Source: Azolla caroliniana (Eukaryota; Plantae; Polypodiophyta). From it: a stretch of DNA of 64,000 nt. The position numbers were made by a program, and so were the translations under genes. Shown here in pieces: positions 60,849 through 64,000 of this stretch; the first letter of the stretch is position 1, and every line of letters begins with the position of its first letter. Under the pieces are notes generated by a model that searched no databases, was not told where the DNA came from, and was given only the letters and a program-made list of their open reading frames with translations. The DNA is taken from positions 4,402,001 through 4,466,000 of the forward strand of contig JBHGNT010000003.1 of assembly GCA_043228905.1 (NCBI GenBank), in the 5' to 3' direction.

Positions 60849-62295
60849 TGTCGCGATAATACGACGAGGATACGTGAACTTTGAGGCAGGACCCCGGGGC
60901 CTCCGACCGGAAGATATCAGATTCGTATGATTATATTAAGCAATTAATGCAAAATGATAAAGATTCACAAATTTCATTAATAAAGGGAAAGAAAGATTAC
61001 AATTAATCCCAAGATTGGGATTACAAAAATTTGCTAATGGAGATGACTAGAGTAATAGATTAGAAGAAATGAAATATGGATTTAATTAGAATATTAGGGT
61101 TTTTAGCTTCAATTCGAAAATTAGGGTTTTTTGAGTTATATGGCTTTGATTAGGAAATTAGGGTTTATGACTTCCGTAAGGAAACTTAGGGTTCTTGGCT
61201 TCGATAAGATAAGAGAGCTCCGAAGAAAAAGAAGAACAATATAATATGGAGAGAGCATATGAGTATAGAAAAAAACTGGAATTATATATGGAGTTCCTCG
61301 TTGATCATATGCCTCCACTTTTTGTTGCATGACTTCTACTTTTAGTTGCATAGCTTTTCTTTTTGTTGAATCTATTTTTAGTTGCATGGCTTTTTCTTTA
61401 GTTGCATGCGACCGTCCACTTGACCTTTACTTTAGTCTCTTTTTCCTTTCTTTAAATAGCCACATGATCCTTTTATCCGTTCGATTTGCGTCCAACCTTG
61501 TACGGTCGCCAGTTCCGACCGATCGCCGAATCCCTCGCCGGCCGGTTCCATTTTGCTTGTCGGCTGGTTCCGGTTACGGTTCCGGTTTGCTTGCCGGTTC
61601 CAGTTCCGGTTTTGCTTGCCGGCCGGTTCCGGTTTTGCTTGTCGGTCAATCCGGTTTGCTTGCCAGTTTCGGTTCCGGTTTTGCTTACCGGCCGGTTCCG
61701 GTTCTGGTTTTGCTTACCGGTCGGTACCGGTTTTGCTTGCTGGTCGGTTTTCGGTTCCGATTTTGCATACCGGCCGGTTTCTGGATTTGCTTACCGGCCG
61801 ATTCCAGTTTGCATACCGGTTCCGGTTCCGGTTTTGCTTGCCGGTCGGTTCTGGTTTTGCTTGCGGGTTCCGGTTCCAGTTTTTCTTGCCAGTTCCGGTT
61901 CCAATTTTGCATACCGACTGGTTTCCGAATTTGCTTACCGACCGGTTTCCAGATTTGTTTCCCGGCCGCTTTCCGGATTTAGGGAATTTGGCCACCATCA
62001 TCCATCAAGACAAAGTGGCCAAAGTGCTCTTAGAACAAATGAAAAATGAGGGAGCTCAAGTTGCTTATATAGCCAGGGCCTTAAGTTTCCTATCTATGTG
62101 GGATAGTTCTAATTTTTCTATCTTCCCAAACTTTATTTTCACATAACTTGATATGTATTTCTCCATTTTGTATATAGTAAAATACATTTTGAAGCTCTTG
62201 AGTACATCCATCTTTCTATAGTAAGCTACTAATCTAATCTATAATAATTATTTCATTATTATTTTTTTACATAGTGTGTGAAGATTCACACGACA
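60849..62295 (-). repeat. 5' LTR of G (1447 bp)
   Basis: TGTCG...CGACA termini; longer CCGG minisatellite at ~61505-61985. Confidence 0.96.
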
Positions 62296-63241
62296 ACGCT
62301 TATAATGACCGATATGATAGACAGGATAGATACCGGGACTATAATGGACAGTATGAAAGATATAACCGGGATCATTCCCCTGGTTACAACTACCGACGGG
62401 ACGACTATGACAAGGATGCCGCAACAAAAAGAATTTTAGTAAGAAATGTCATTTCAACAAAAAGGGGGGTCATCCACGAGAACCGGAAAAGGGCGGTCCG
62501 AGTAGCTAACCAGACCAAAACCAAGCACTTACCCCTGGTCCTCCACTAAGCACACACTCCGAATCCAACAACGCCCAGAAGTCGTACTGCTATCATTGCC
62601 GGCAAGAAGGCCACTATAGTAATCAATGTCCAGCGAAGAGCTACGACAAGCGACCAACGGTGAACATGGTAGACGCGGAAGTCGCAGACATACAAGTCAC
62701 TACAAGATCAAAAGGCAAAGCCACGGAGTGGGAAACTCAAGAAGTCATCCGGAAGCAGGCAACCGAATGGGTGAAGAAGACAAATTCAAGAAACCCATTT
62801 GAACAAGTAAAGGGCGACACAGAACCGGACATCGGTAAATCGGAAGAGACGGCCACACGTTCAACAATCAACAAGCGCGAAGCCGGTAAGAGGGAGCACG
62901 AGCCGGCAAACGACAACAACGATGCAACGGCAAGCAGTTCAGTGGCCGGAAAGGACCACAATCCGGATAGGGGTCTAGTGGGACCGGATGCGAATTAACA
63001 AAATCATTGTTAATCTTAAAATAAATATAAAACGAATCAAATCAAATCAAATCAAAGTAAATCATGCAAGGGCGAGGGGTGAACGGACACATGCAAGAAC
63101 AAGGAGTGAACAGGCACTTTGTAAAGGTACGTAGTGGGCTATTAATAGGGTATTAAACCGCCGCCACATGGCACAACATTCTATTTTAGTACACGACGTG
63201 CACATGCGCGGGTAAGAAAAAAATAAAAAACAGGCGCCAAC

Positions 63242-64000
63242 ATGCAACAAGAAGACCCACACCACATAGAAACCCTCACATTTCGCGAACAGAGGAGCAC
63301 AAACGCAGACAGGCGATTGAAGATCAACAGACGCGAGCCCACGCACACAGAGCCTCCTCACACACAACCCTCACCACCACTCACCGACCTCGACGAAGCC
63401 ATGGACTGCCAAGCACTCTCTGAAGCAGCCAAGAAGTGGTTAAGGCAACACGAGTTAGAGGGTTTCCTCACAATCATGGAGGCGCCACCGCACCGGGAGG
63501 CGGAGAAGATAGTCAAAGAAATCGACACGGAGCTGATCACGGAGGAGGCCATCCATGCGTTGATTGGCCTTCCGGAGGGGGGCATCTTCACCATCGACAA
63601 TCCTACCCCGGCGCAGCTCCGAAAATATTTTGGGGAATACTCTCTAGCCAGCAAGGCTTACCCGACTCAGGGCGGCGAAGATCCACTCTTTCGAGATATT
63701 GCCCGTGTGCTCCATGAATTTGGACATGTATACCCTCGACCCCCGTGCATGCCCCAGAACCAGGCCGGCTTAATCATAGCCACATATGAAGACGTAAAGG
63801 TGGACTGAGCGGTACTGATTGCGGATGGCCTCTGTGCGGCCATCGACTCTGTCAAAGGCAAGGAGGGTCGGAAGATATGGACGGCAGTGGCGCAATGGCT
63901 CTACATTGGCGCCACCTATCGAACCCCTCAAGACCACGAAGCGGGGACGAACAACCGAAGGCACCCCGAAAACGGCCTTGAAACAGCAGCAGTTGTTGGC
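63242..64000 (+). pseudogene. H accessory ORF of unknown function (premature TGA at 63806, probably from TGG)
   Basis: YFGEYSLASKAYPTQGG...CMPQNQAGLIIATYEDVKVD aligns with B YFGEYSPFAKAYQTQGG...CMPKKTTGFIIAAYEGEAFDW. Confidence 0.75.

Larger units (their letters stand above)
53733..62295 (-). mobile_element. Element G: structurally complete Ty3/Gypsy (8563 bp), tRNA-Trp primed
   Basis: LTRs 60849-62295 and 53733-55101. 4-bp TSD ACGC (53729-53732, 62296-62299). PBS 60827-60844, PPT adjacent to 55102, uninterrupted 1126-aa pol ORF. Confidence 0.97.
51888..64000 (+). mobile_element. Element H: pol-less Gypsy of the A family (gag plus accessory ORF), interrupted by G, runs off the window
   Basis: 5' LTR 51888-52258. 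Gag at 52381-53732 plus 62300-62998 is collinear with A gag. No PR/RT/INT occurs before the accessory ORF at 63242. Confidence 0.88.

Overview
The window is a gene-free nest of retrotransposons, probably from a non-seed land plant (inferred from the element lineages). I found no host gene, rRNA, intact tRNA or CRISPR array. Elements in order: (A) Ty3/Gypsy on the minus strand, 1-5746, inserted in the gag of (B), a plus-strand Gypsy with a long 3' accessory ORF, 5747-16916. B is interrupted by (C), a pol-less gag-only LTR element, 7297-10979, and itself sits in the integrase of (D), a chromovirus remnant, 16917-17598. Next come a decayed near full-length LINE (~17871-22985) and an old Copia E1 (23105-~35693) containing a younger Copia E2 (26912-34368) with a triplicated 1038-bp LTR-PBS-gag unit. 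Then truncated Copias E3 and F with LTR fragments and a solo LTR, a minus-strand chromovirus-type Gypsy (I) fused to the 3' end of another Gypsy (J), and a pol-less Gypsy (H, 51888 to window end) interrupted by a nearly intact Gypsy (G, 53733-62295). The most notable signals are four. First, four insertions of the tRNA-Trp-primed C/G lineage all sit at a 4-bp target with a central CpG. Second, the Gypsy-type C LTR carries a U3 module nearly identical to that of the Copia E2/F LTRs. Third, G has a -1 frameshift signal (GGATTTT plus a predicted pseudoknot) downstream of the protease. Fourth, an uncharacterised accessory ORF is conserved in B and retained in pol-less H. All alignments were done by eye and no database searches were run.
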